Below are positions 32,319 through 42,918 of a DNA stretch of 58,349 nt, piece by piece. The DNA lies in contig JALAGF010004448.1 in NCBI GenBank assembly GCA_030167865.1, positions 1 to 58,349 on the forward strand, written 5' to 3'. Numbering within the stretch: the first letter of the stretch is position 1; every line of letters begins with the position of its first letter. This stretch comes from Craspedostauros australis (lineage: Eukaryota). A program made the position numbers and the translations under genes. Below the pieces are notes generated by a model. That model was not told the DNA's origin and did no database searches. It worked only from the letters and a program-made list of their open reading frames with translations.

Positions 32319-33599
32319 ATGTCTCAACCACTCAACAACAACGAGACCGTGAAGTTCGTACACGCCAACAAGCGAGCAAAGAAAGAGAATGACGACGATG
32401 ATGATAATGACCATGAGAAACACTTGATTGTCGTGAAGTTCCATCAGTTCTCTGAGATCAACTACAAGAGAGAAACGGAGACGTTCTCTCCTGTCTTTGA
32501 GTGCGGCGGTGCTCGATGGAAGGTGAACCTGAAGTTCTCAAAAGATGATGCACAGTCAGGGGAAGACTCTGACTCGCCTCAAGGATATGAGTTTGGGATG
32601 TATCTTTATTTCGACGAAGCGCCATGGCTGTTGGGTGAAGAGTACTCTGCCAATTACACAGCCTCGATTCCGAAGTTGGGTATCACCAGGACCGCAGGAG
32701 AAAAAATGTATCCCTTGGAAAAATATGCCGGATGGGGATGGGACAAAGTTACGACCATGAGGCATGTGCTCGACCATGGACTCGATGATGGCATTCTGTC
32801 TGTCCACATCAAGTTCCATCACCTTCAACACATCAGCAAGCGCTGGACTCCATCTCTAAGTTTCAACAAAGAACGGCTCAAGGTGCTTCGAACCGAGGCT
32901 CACACTGACATCACCTTCGTGGTCGGCACTGGCGATCAGCAACAGCGCATCAAGGCCAACACCTCATTCGTACTTGTGGGTGCACCAGCCATGAAATCAT
33001 TCATTGATGAAGCTACATCTGTGGACGAGGAAGATGATGACGGAAAGTCAATCTCGTTTCCAACGATCGACCCCGACCATTTCCGATTCATGCTTCGTTT
33101 CATCTATGCTGACGACATATCATTCGTTGCTGATGATACAACCCAAAGCGAGCTGACCAAGCTACTGGTTGTTGCCAATCGTTTTGGCTGTTGGAGACTC
33201 AAGGTTTGGTTGGAGACCGAACTCGCAGCGAAGCATCTGAATGTGGACACATGCGTCGATCTTCTGTTGTTCGCAGATGCGAATAGCTGCTATGTGCTGA
33301 AAGAAGAGAGCATCAAGGTGGTGGGGAAGAATATGACAGAAGTATGGCGGCAACGTAAGGTCGAACCACTGATCGAATCTGTTGAGCTGCTGAAGGAGAT
33401 TTATCAGTATGCAACTTGCGAGGATTTGACGAAAACAACTGGAGACGGATTTGATCAAATGCGGATCGATGAGCTGTATGAATGGTTGGAGAAAAGAGAT
33501 GATGTGATGTTGGAAGAGGACATGGACCGGTCCTCTCTGCTAGAGAAGATTCGATCATTGGAGACCAAGCAGCAGAGCGACAGTAGTGAAGCCAATTGA
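32319..33599 (+). CDS. MATH-BTB/POZ (SPOP-like) protein, copy A, 426 aa
   Basis: MATH-like VKFHQFS...SPVFECGGARW...GMYLY...GWGW...LDDGILSVHI; BTB DITFVVG...IKAN...IDPDHFRFMLRFIY...LLVVANRFGC..LK; BACK-like CVDLLLFADANSCYVLKE. Confidence 0.92.
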   Translation: MSQPLNNNETVKFVHANKRAKKENDDDDDNDHEKHLIVVKFHQFSEINYKRETETFSPVFECGGARWKVNLKFSKDDAQSGEDSDSPQGYEFGMYLYFDEAPWLLGEEYSANYTASIPKLGITRTAGEKMYPLEKYAGWGWDKVTTMRHVLDHGLDDGILSVHIKFHHLQHISKRWTPSLSFNKERLKVLRTEAHTDITFVVGTGDQQQRIKANTSFVLVGAPAMKSFIDEATSVDEEDDDGKSISFPTIDPDHFRFMLRFIYADDISFVADDTTQSELTKLLVVANRFGCWRLKVWLETELAAKHLNVDTCVDLLLFADANSCYVLKEESIKVVGKNMTEVWRQRKVEPLIESVELLKEIYQYATCEDLTKTTGDGFDQMRIDELYEWLEKRDDVMLEEDMDRSSLLEKIRSLETKQQSDSSEAN

Positions 33600-34975
33600 T
33601 TGGATGTGGCAAGGAGGAGATTGGGATGAGGTGGGTGATAAAATAGGAACGTACACTCCACGACGCACTCCACGACATGCTGGCATTGAGAAGCATTGAG
33701 AAGCTTCAGCACGTTGAGGCACCAATCCAGCATGGAGTGGAGGTTTGGTGCTTTGCTCTGTTCTCTGTTCATTCCGAAGCAGGAGCATGGACAACACAGT
33801 GCTTCTGTCACAGGCTCCCTCGCAGTTGAAGATGTCGTCGTTGTGGAGCACAGAAGATGAGCCAGATCCTTCCTCCTCCATGCATGGGCCCCAACAGCAA
33901 CCATCGTGGCCGACTCACGCTCGCAGAGATCTGATAGATGTACTATTCTATTCTACGATCTACTATGTAGAACTGAGTGTCCCAGGACAGGGGATGTAGT
34001 ACACACAGAGCGCATCGTGACGGTTTTGGATTGTGGCACATTTGAACTTGTTCTTCAAACGTTTTTAACGGCTGGATCTGTTGTTCTGAATCGCTCCAAC
34101 AAACAACAACCAACACGATCACTCTGTTGTGATGTGTCACCATGATCCTCATCTGCAGCCCGCACAACACATGGCAGACAACAATGGAGACAACTCGCTG
34201 GATCGTCACAACCAGAGCAAACGTCAGCGGAACCGCGGCATAGTCGGACGACTATGGCCATGTACGGAGAGGCCACTTCAGAGAGAAAGTCTGCACTCTC
34301 GATACGAGTGTTCCACGCCGTGACAGGGATGCCAATTCATCGTTCGCAACGGAGAATGGGTCCTCCCACTTCAATTCCACACGTTCGCTCCTTGTTCCAC
34401 CGTGGCCATCAACAGAGTACCATACCTACCACGCTCCGCAGAGCCACACTGCACAATACTTATGATACACGATCGTGTGAATGCCATCGATACTTTGCGC
34501 TGGAGAATCATGATGATTTTACTTGGGCAAGGTACCGTAATGTCTCTGATACGACAGCCATCAATCCGTCAATTCACTATCACATCTCCACGTGATCGCA
34601 CGATCGTGTGACCATGTGATCACGGAGTATTGCGCAGCATGATGCAGATGCAGATACAGACGATCTGAGCACTCGTGCCGTGACTACCATGGGCTACGGT
34701 ATGGTTCCACGCTCAGGGCAGTGCCATAGTATCGTGGGCTGTCGTCCTCTACATGATGACCTCTCATCCATGTGGGAACGTTGAGCGGCAAGTCGAGCAC
34801 AATGATGATGCAGCGTGGAATCGATGCTGTCTATGGTTCCAGATTGTACAATTTGGTCATAAACCGCACATAAACTGCTCATGGACCCTTCATCTGCCCC
34901 CCTTCCAACCATCCGCCTCTTCCTCCATCCCTCACTTCCTTTCATTCTCGTTTCAGAACCACATCATCTTCGACG

Positions 34976-36265
34976 ATGTTTCAAACACACAACAAAAACA
35001 ACAACGAAACCGTGAAGGTCGTACACGTCAACAAGCGAGCAAAGAGAGAGAATCACGATGACGACAACGATGATGACCATGAGAAACATTTTATTGTCGT
35101 GAAGTTCCATCAGTTCTCTGAGATCGACTACAAGAGAGACACGGACAAATACTCTCCTGTCTTTGAGTGCGGCGGTGCTCGATGGAAGTTGAATCTGATG
35201 TTCTCAAAAGATGATGCACAGTCGGGGGAAGACTCTGATTCGCCTCAAGGATATCGTGTTGGGGTGTATCTTTATCTCGACGAAGCGCCATGGTTGTTGG
35301 GTGAAGAGTACTCTGTCAATTACGCAGCCTCGATTCCCAAGTTGGATATCACTAAGACCTCAGGAGAAAGTACATTTCGTTTGGGCAAAAGTAACGGATG
35401 TGGATGGCGCAGAGTTACGACCATGAAGCGTGTGCTCGACCGTGGACTCGATGATGACACCCTCTCTGTCCACATCAAGTTCGCTCACCTTCAGCACATC
35501 TGCAAGCTCTGGGCTCCATCCCTCGGTTTCAACAAAGAACGGCTCAATATGCTTCGTACAGGAACTCACTCCGACATCGCCTTCGTTGTTGGCTCCGACG
35601 ATCAGCAACAGCGCATCAAGGCCAACACCATGCTGTTGTTGATGGGTGCACCAGCCATGAAATCATTCATTGATGAAGCTACAACCGCCAACGAGGAAGA
35701 TGATGGCGAAAAGTCAATCTCGTTTCCAACGATCGACCCCGACCATTTCCGATTCGTGCTTCGTTTCATCTATGCTGATGACACATCCTTCCTTACAGAT
35801 GACACGACCCAGCGTCAATTGCAAGATCTGCTGATCGTCGCCAACCACTTCGGTTGTTGGAAGCTCAAGATCTTGCTGGAGACGAAGCTGACAGCGAAGC
35901 ATCTTAATGTGGATTCATGTGTCGATCTTCTGCTGTTCGCAGATGCGAACAGCTGCTATGTGCTGAAAGAAGAGTGCATCAAGGTGGTGGTGAAGAATAT
36001 GGTCAAAGTATTACGGCAACGTGAGGCCAGTCAACTGATCGAGTCAGTTGAGCTGATGAGGGAGATTCATCTGTGTGCAAGTTGCGAGGACTTGACGACA
36101 ACAGCTGGAGACGGATTTGATCAAATGCGGATCGATGAGCTGTATGAATGGTTGGAGAAAAGAGATGATGTGATGTTGGAAGAGGACATGGACCGGTCCT
36201 CTCTGCTAGAGAAGATTCGATCATTGGAGACCAAGCAGCAGAGCGACAGTAGTGAAGCCAATTGA
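34976..36265 (+). CDS. MATH-BTB/POZ protein, copy B, 429 aa
   Basis: Full-length paralog of copy A with an intact ORF. Confidence 0.92.
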   Translation: MFQTHNKNNNETVKVVHVNKRAKRENHDDDNDDDHEKHFIVVKFHQFSEIDYKRDTDKYSPVFECGGARWKLNLMFSKDDAQSGEDSDSPQGYRVGVYLYLDEAPWLLGEEYSVNYAASIPKLDITKTSGESTFRLGKSNGCGWRRVTTMKRVLDRGLDDDTLSVHIKFAHLQHICKLWAPSLGFNKERLNMLRTGTHSDIAFVVGSDDQQQRIKANTMLLLMGAPAMKSFIDEATTANEEDDGEKSISFPTIDPDHFRFVLRFIYADDTSFLTDDTTQRQLQDLLIVANHFGCWKLKILLETKLTAKHLNVDSCVDLLLFADANSCYVLKEECIKVVVKNMVKVLRQREASQLIESVELMREIHLCASCEDLTTTAGDGFDQMRIDELYEWLEKRDDVMLEEDMDRSSLLEKIRSLETKQQSDSSEAN

Positions 36266-37208
36266 TTGGATGTGGCAAGGAGGAGATTGGGATGAGGTGG
36301 GTGATAAAATAGGAACGTACACTCCACAACACACTCCACAACACACTCCACAACACTCTGGCATTGATAAGCATTGAGAAGCTTCAGCACGTTGAGGCAC
36401 TAATCCAACATGGAGTGGAGTTTTGTTACTTTGTTCTGCTCTCTGGTCATTCCGAAGCAGGAGCATGGACGACTCAGTGGTTCTGCCAGAGGCTTACTCG
36501 CAGTTGAAGATGTCGTCGTTGTGGAGTACGGAAGATGAGCTGTGCTCTTACGATCTACTCCTGCGGGCATGATCCCTGACAGCGGCTCGTCGACTCATCG
36601 ATCTGGTCGACGCGGAGCTCTCTGGAGACAGAGATGTGTTCGAACAGAGAACGTGTGGCGCGCAAAAAGCGCAGCCAAGCGTTTGGTTTGCCATTTTTGA
36701 ACTTGTTCATCAAACGTCTTCTAACGGTTGTGATCATAAATCCGAAATCAACACACATCGTGTCACCATCACAAACCACACAACAACACAAAGGGACAAA
36801 GTCCTCCGTTCTGCCCCCCAGCCGCACCCATCCCGGAGCCCCCACCACCACCAACAGGACATACGACTAGTTGACACTCTTCCCTCGGTGGCAGGATCTG
36901 TTCCGTCCTCGCTGCCTCTCTTGGTTCCGAGACGAAGCTCTTCGTTTGTTGTGACATCAAAGATAGCTCGTAGTCATACGGGTGTTGTGATTGCCACACT
37001 CACCATCACTCTCTGGTGCGATACGAGTCGGGACATCCATCGAGCCTCTTCCTCCACAACCAAATCAATACGCAGTCATCATATCATATTATATGATACT
37101 TGCAAAACCAGGAATCAATCCGGGACGATCACCTGCGCCGAGGCTAAAACACAGAGTTGATCCATCCTTCCAGCAGATCATTCTGCAGAATCAACATCAA
37201 GGTGGATC

Positions 37209-38643
37209 ATGTCAAAACGCCCTCGTGTCAACTCCATCTCTAGCTCGTCAGAGCCTGGCTTTCAATACGAAGAACGCACTATCGGAGAACGCACTATCGA
37301 AGAACGCACTATCAATCAGGGCGTGAAGGTTGTGCACGTCAACAAGCGAGCAAAGAGGGAAGATTGCGGTGATGACTGACAACGACAACAACAACAACGA
37401 CGACAATGACAGCGACAACGACCATGAGAAAGACGTGATCGTTGTCAAGTTCCATCAGTTCTCAAACATCGATTTCAAGTCAAAACAACGCACATACATA
37501 TCCTCTCCTGTCTTCGAGTGTGGTGGTGTGCGATGGAACTTGAAGCTCACGTTCTCAACAGACAGCACACTGTCAGGAGAAGGGCCCGACTCATCCCAAA
37601 CCTACCATCTTGGAGTGTACCTGTTTCTTGACGACGCGCCATGGCTATTGGGAGAAGAGTATGCTGTCATCAGTACAATATCGATCCCCAAGCTTGCCAT
37701 CTCAGATCGCGGGGAAGAGCCAGACTTGTATCGTGTGGATACCAATGGTGCATGGGGAAGCGACGATTGCACGACCGTGAACAAAGTGCTCGATGATGGA
37801 CTCGATGACGACACCCTCTCTGTGCACATCAAGTTCCATCACCTTCAACACATCTGCAATCGCTGGACACCATCACTCGCCTTCAACAGGGACAGACTCA
37901 AGATGCTTCGGACCGAGACGTATGCCGACATCACCTTCGTGGTTGGCACCGGCGATCAACAGCAACGCATCAAGGCCAACACCATGTTCATACTGGTGGG
38001 AAATCCAGCCATGCGATTGCTCATGGCTGGAGCCACACCCGTAGAAACGACGTCTGCACCTGCGACAGCTGTTGGTGGCAGCATTGGCGATGAAAAGTGC
38101 ATCTCGCTGCCAGAAACCAATCCACGCCACTTTCGATCCATGCTCCGATTCATCTATGCGGACGACATATCCTTCATCACGGATGATACCACACAAGCGG
38201 AGCTGCGAGATCTGTTGCTCGTCGCCCATCGCTTCGGTTGTTGGAAGCTCAAGATCGTGGTGGAGACGAGACTCGCAGCGAAGCATCTGGATATGGCTTC
38301 ATGTGTCGATCTGCTGGTGTTCGCAGATGCGAACAGGTGCTGTGTGTTGGAGGAAGAGTGTGTCAAGGTGGTCCTCAAGAACTTGACTGAGGTGTTCCAG
38401 CGTGGCCATCACACCCAGCTGGCCAGATCGGGCGAGTTGATGAAGAAGATAGCTGAGAGTCCTGGCCACAAGCGCAGCAGCGGAGACGACAGGTTCGATG
38501 GAATGCGAATCGATGAGCTGTACAGGTGGTTGGATGAGAGGGAGGATGTGGTGTTGGAGGGAGATATGGGGCGGGGATGTCTGTTGGAGAGGGTTCGATC
38601 ATTGGAGAGCAAGGGGCAGAGTGCGAATGGGGGAGTCGATTGA
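37209..38643 (+). pseudogene. Divergent MATH-BTB copy C with a 1-nt frameshift near 37377; may still be expressed from ATG 37372 as 423 aa
   Basis: The frame from ATG 37209 reads MSKRPRVN...GVKVVHVNKRAKREDCGDD-stop (TGA 37377-37379) and carries the family N-terminal motif. The MATH-BTB body continues in the +1 frame to 38643. Confidence 0.7.
37269..37313 (+). repeat. 15-bp tandem repeat x3 (GAAGAACGCACTATC; EERTI) in the N-terminus of copy C
   Basis: Read directly. Confidence 0.9.
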
Positions 38644-40065
38644 TTGGATGTGCCAAGAATGAGATGGGGATGTAGAGGAGAGTGAAGTAGATGATGAAGT
38701 GGGCAATGGGGTAAGAGTGCGCACTTCACACACTGCAGATACACAGGCATTGATACGCGTGAGTACTGTACGTTGGGATGTATCATACCTGTAGAGCATA
38801 CTGGGTTATTCTCTTGTTGTCTGTTCGTTCCAAGACGAGGCGAGGACACACATCGCCCTGTGGTCGTGACAACCAATGGTTGTGTCAACGGGTTGCTCGC
38901 AGCTGAAGACGTCATCGCTGTGGAACATCGCAGATGGGCCAGATCTTTGCTCCTGCAGGCATGGTCCCCAACAGCAACCACAATGGCCGACTCACGCTCG
39001 CAGAGATCACATAGATGTACTAATACATTATATCATATCATATGATCTACTATGCAGAATTGAATGTCTCTGCACAGGGGATTCAGCGCACAACGAGTGC
39101 GCCGCGGCGATTTTGCAAGGTGCCACATTTGAACTTGTTCTTCAAACGTCTTTAACGGCTGGATTTGTTGTGTTCTGAATTGCCCCAACAAACAACATCG
39201 ACACGGTCACTCTGTTGCGATGTGTCACCATGATCCTCATCTGCGATCTGCACAACACATGGAAGACAACAACGGAGACAACTCGCTGGATCGTCACAAC
39301 CAGAGAAAACATCAGCGGAGGCAACTCGCTGCATAGTAGTACGACTACGAACAAGTACGGAGAGGCCACTTCAGAGAGACAGTCTTCACTCTCGATACGA
39401 GTATGGCATACCGTGCCAGAGATGCCAATTCATCGTTCGCAACGGAGAATGGGTCCTCCCGCTTCGATCCCACACGTCTACTCCTTGTTCCTTGCTCCAC
39501 CGTGGCCATCAACAGAGTACCATACCTACCACGCTCCGCAGAGCAACATTGTACAATACTTATGGTACACGATCGTGTGAATGCCATCGATACTTTACGC
39601 TGGAGAATCATGATGATGTTACGTTGGTAAGGTGCCGTGATGTCTCCAATGCGACGGCCATCAATCCGTCAATGCACGATCACGTCTACACGTGATCGTG
39701 TGATTGTGTGATCACGGAGTATTGCACAGCAAGATGCGGAGACAGATACAGACGATCCGAGCACTCGTGCAGTGACTACCATGGGCTACGGCATGATTCC
39801 ACGCTCAGCGCAGTGCCTTAGTATCGTGAGCTGTCGTACTCTGCATGATGACCTCTCATCCATGTGGGAACGTTGAGCGGCAAGTTGAGCGGCGACCAGG
39901 GGAACATGATGCAGCGTGGAATTGATGCTGTCCATGGTTTCAGATTGTACAATTTGCTCATAAACTGCTCATGTACCCTTCATCTGTCCCCCTTCCAAGC
40001 ATCCGCATCTTCCTCCATCCCTCACTTACTCTCATTCTCGTTTCAGAACCACATCATCTTCGACG

Positions 40066-41355
40066 ATGTCTCAAACACACAACAACAACGAGACCGTGAA
40101 TGTCGCACACGTCAACAAGCGAGCAAAGAGAGAGAATCACGACGACGATGACCATGAGAAACACTTGATTGTCGTGAAGTTCCATCAGTTCTCTGAGATC
40201 AACTACAAGAGAGAAACGGAGACGTACTCTCCTGTCTTTGAATGCGGCGGTGCTCGATGGAAGTTGAAACTGCAATTCTCAAAAAAAGATGCAACGTCAG
40301 GGAAAGGCTCTGACTCGCCTCAAGGATATCGTGTTGGGATGTATCTTTATCTTGACGAAGCGCCATGGTTGTTGGGTGAAGAGTACTCTGCCAATTACAC
40401 AGCCTCGATTCCCAAGTTGGATATCACTAAACATGGGAACGAGCCAGACTTGTATCGTTTGGACAAAAGTAGTGCATGGGGATGGGACAAAGTTACGACC
40501 ATGAGGCATGTGCTCGACCATGGACTCGATGACGACATTCTGTCTGTCCACATCAAGTTCGATCACCTTCAACACATCAGCAAGCGCTGGGCTCCATCCC
40601 TCAGTTTCAACAAAGAACGGCTCAAGATGCTTCGTACAGGATCTTTCGCCGACGTCACCTTCGTTGTTGGCACCGGCGATCAGCAACAACGCATCAAGGC
40701 CAACACCTCATTCGTACTTGTGGGTGCACCATCCATGAAATCATTTATTGATGAAGCTTCAACTGTCAAGGAGGAAGATGGTGACGGAAAATCCATCTCG
40801 TTTCCAACGATCGACCCCGACCATTTCCGATTCATGCTTCGTTTCATCTATGCTGATGATACATCCTTCCTCACAGATGACACGACCCAACGTCAATTGC
40901 AAGATCTGCTGATCGTCGCCAACCGCTTCGGTTGTTGGAAGCTCAAGATCTTGTTGGAGACGAAGCTGGCGGCGAAGCATCTTAATGTGGATTCATGTGT
41001 CGACCTTCTGTTATTTGCAGATGCACACAGCTGCTATGTGCTGAAAGAAGAGTGCATCAAGGTGGTGAGAAAGAATATGACAGAAGTGTTACATCAAAGT
41101 GAGGCCGGTCAACTGATCGAGTCTGTTCAGTTGATGAAGGAAGTCCACAAAGCTGGAAGGGACCCATCGTTCCCGTCCATAACCTGGTGGAGCACTTACT
41201 ACAAATTCAACAAAATGCGGATCGATGAGCTGTATGAATGGTTGGAGAAAAGAGATGATGTGATGATCGAAGAGGACATGGACCGGTCCTCTCTGTTGAA
41301 GAAGATTCGATCTTTGGAGACCAAGCAGCAGAGCAGCAATAGTGAAGCCAATTGA
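40066..41355 (+). CDS. MATH-BTB/POZ protein, copy D, 429 aa
   Basis: Full-length paralog with an intact ORF. Confidence 0.92.
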   Translation: MSQTHNNNETVNVAHVNKRAKRENHDDDDHEKHLIVVKFHQFSEINYKRETETYSPVFECGGARWKLKLQFSKKDATSGKGSDSPQGYRVGMYLYLDEAPWLLGEEYSANYTASIPKLDITKHGNEPDLYRLDKSSAWGWDKVTTMRHVLDHGLDDDILSVHIKFDHLQHISKRWAPSLSFNKERLKMLRTGSFADVTFVVGTGDQQQRIKANTSFVLVGAPSMKSFIDEASTVKEEDGDGKSISFPTIDPDHFRFMLRFIYADDTSFLTDDTTQRQLQDLLIVANRFGCWKLKILLETKLAAKHLNVDSCVDLLLFADAHSCYVLKEECIKVVRKNMTEVLHQSEAGQLIESVQLMKEVHKAGRDPSFPSITWWSTYYKFNKMRIDELYEWLEKRDDVMIEEDMDRSSLLKKIRSLETKQQSSNSEAN

Positions 41356-42090
41356 TTGGATGTGGCAAGGACGAGATTGGGATGAGGTGGGTGATAAAAT
41401 AGGAACGTACACTCCACGACACACTCCATGACACATTGGCAGTGATAAGCTTTAGCACCTCGAGGCACTAGTCCAGCATGGAGTGGAGTGTTGGTACTCT
41501 GTTCTGTTCTCTGTTCATTCCGAAGCAGGAGCATGGACGACTCAGTGGTTATGTCAATGGGTTGTTCGCAGCTGAAGATGTCGTCGTTGTGGAGCACAGG
41601 AGATGGGCCAGATCCTTACTCCTGTAGGCATGGGCCCGGCAGCAACCATCATGGCCGACTCGCGCTCGCAGAGATCTGACAGATGTACGATTATACGAGA
41701 TATAATACGATCTACTATGTATTATGTATTGTATTACAAATAGTACAATAGTAACCTCGATGGAACAGGCTCCAACTGATGCCATTCCACACCATGCGGC
41801 GCAAGCCAGGTGTTGCTCATCCCCTTCAAAACCACAAGCACGCAAAATACAGAATTTAAATTAATGGATTGCTTCACGACAAGAGGAACCCCAATCGTGA
41901 CAATACCCTCCCTTTCTTGCATGATTGGTGCAACTTTCGTACCGGTCTACTCGGCAAAGTTCGCAAGAGGGAATGATGGCATGCAGACGCAAGCACTCGC
42001 ATGCACGAATGGATACATTCATGTACGCCTGGTCGTGCAAGATGAACGAATGAATGAATGAATGAATGCAGAGATTCTGCCTTGTCTCTT

Positions 42091-42918
42091 CTACTGCTTC
42101 GACTTCTTCTTCATGCCGAACAAGGACCCGAGCTTGGAAGTCGCGCCGGATTTGCTCTGCTGCTTGTCATGCCGCGCACCGTCCTGACGGGCCTTCGGTT
42201 GCTTGACGGGCTTGCCGCGTGTATGAGCCTGCGCGAAGGCTTGCGCCTGCGCCTGCGTGTTCGAGTTGGACGCCGCCATGAAGGTCTTGGCCGCCGCATC
42301 CGTCGACAGCTCCTTGTCCATGAAGGGCGCGCTGACGCCGTCGGCACCTCCGAACCGCAGCGAGTTGCTGTCGAGGTCGATGACGCACTTGAAGCGGCGC
42401 ATCTGATCCAGACCCAGGATGAGGAAGGGCACGGGCGATTCGAGGACCATGAAGAAGAGGCGGAACTCCACCTGGCCGATGGAGCAGCAGATATTCTCGA
42501 GCGCGCCGAGGATCCTGGCGGAACCCACGCCGGAAGCCTGGCCGGCAACATGCGGCGACATCTTGTGCTGCAACGAGAGGCGCTCCATCATGGTGGATGA
42601 GATGGCCGACGTGGAGGCGCCGGAGTCCACGAGCATCTCCACGACGCGGTCATCGAGCTCGCACAGCACGAAGAGCATGTGATCCGCCATGCCCCTCATG
42701 TTGGCCGGCGTGCAGAATCCCTGATTCTCGATGTGACGGTTGTGCCTGGCCCTCCTCTTGTCCGCCTTGGCCTGCTGCATTTGCACTCTCGCGACGAGCA
42801 GCTCCTCCTTGTCCTGCAGGCTCAAGGCCAGCTGCAGATCCTTCGCGAGCTGCTCGTCGTCGTCAACAGCGGGGACGGCGGCTGATGCCTCGGTGGTGGT
42901 TGCTGTTGCGGGGGTCAT
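42091..42918 (-). CDS. DDI1: Ddi1-type retroviral-like aspartyl protease, 275 aa, without UBL/UBA but with a UIM/MIU-like helix
   Basis: MLFV...MLVDSGASTSAIS...GQASGVGSARILG...LILGLDQMRRFKCVIDL matches the Ddi1 RVP domain. N-terminal DDDEQLAKDLQLALSLQD. The symbol is meant as DDI1-like. Confidence 0.85.
   Translation of the reverse strand: MTPATATTTEASAAVPAVDDDEQLAKDLQLALSLQDKEELLVARVQMQQAKADKRRARHNRHIENQGFCTPANMRGMADHMLFVLCELDDRVVEMLVDSGASTSAISSTMMERLSLQHKMSPHVAGQASGVGSARILGALENICCSIGQVEFRLFFMVLESPVPFLILGLDQMRRFKCVIDLDSNSLRFGGADGVSAPFMDKELSTDAAAKTFMAASNSNTQAQAQAFAQAHTRGKPVKQPKARQDGARHDKQQSKSGATSKLGSLFGMKKKSKQ

Larger units (their letters stand above)
31299..41721 (+). repeat. Head-to-tail tandem array, four units of about 2.5-2.7 kb (spacer + MATH-BTB gene + 3' flank)
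   Basis: Non-coding flanks are recognisably homologous between units: ACAGGGGAT at 31299, 33987 and about 39074; CGCTCGCAGAGATC near 33920, 39000 and 41665. Homology ends at TACGATCTACTATGTA, about 41721. Confidence 0.93.

Noticed and set aside
33745-34945. Recurrent short spacer ORFs (e.g. SQLKMSSLWSTEDGPD; antisense YEQIVESETMD)
   Set aside because: Similarity follows from DNA duplication; frames are broken by different stops and frameshifts among copies, so there is no sign of coding constraint.
31299-41721. Array unit as a transposon (Helitron/MITE) or CRISPR-like array
   Set aside because: No terminal inverted repeats, target-site duplications, transposase or repeat-spacer periodicity seen; the units look like plain segmental duplications.
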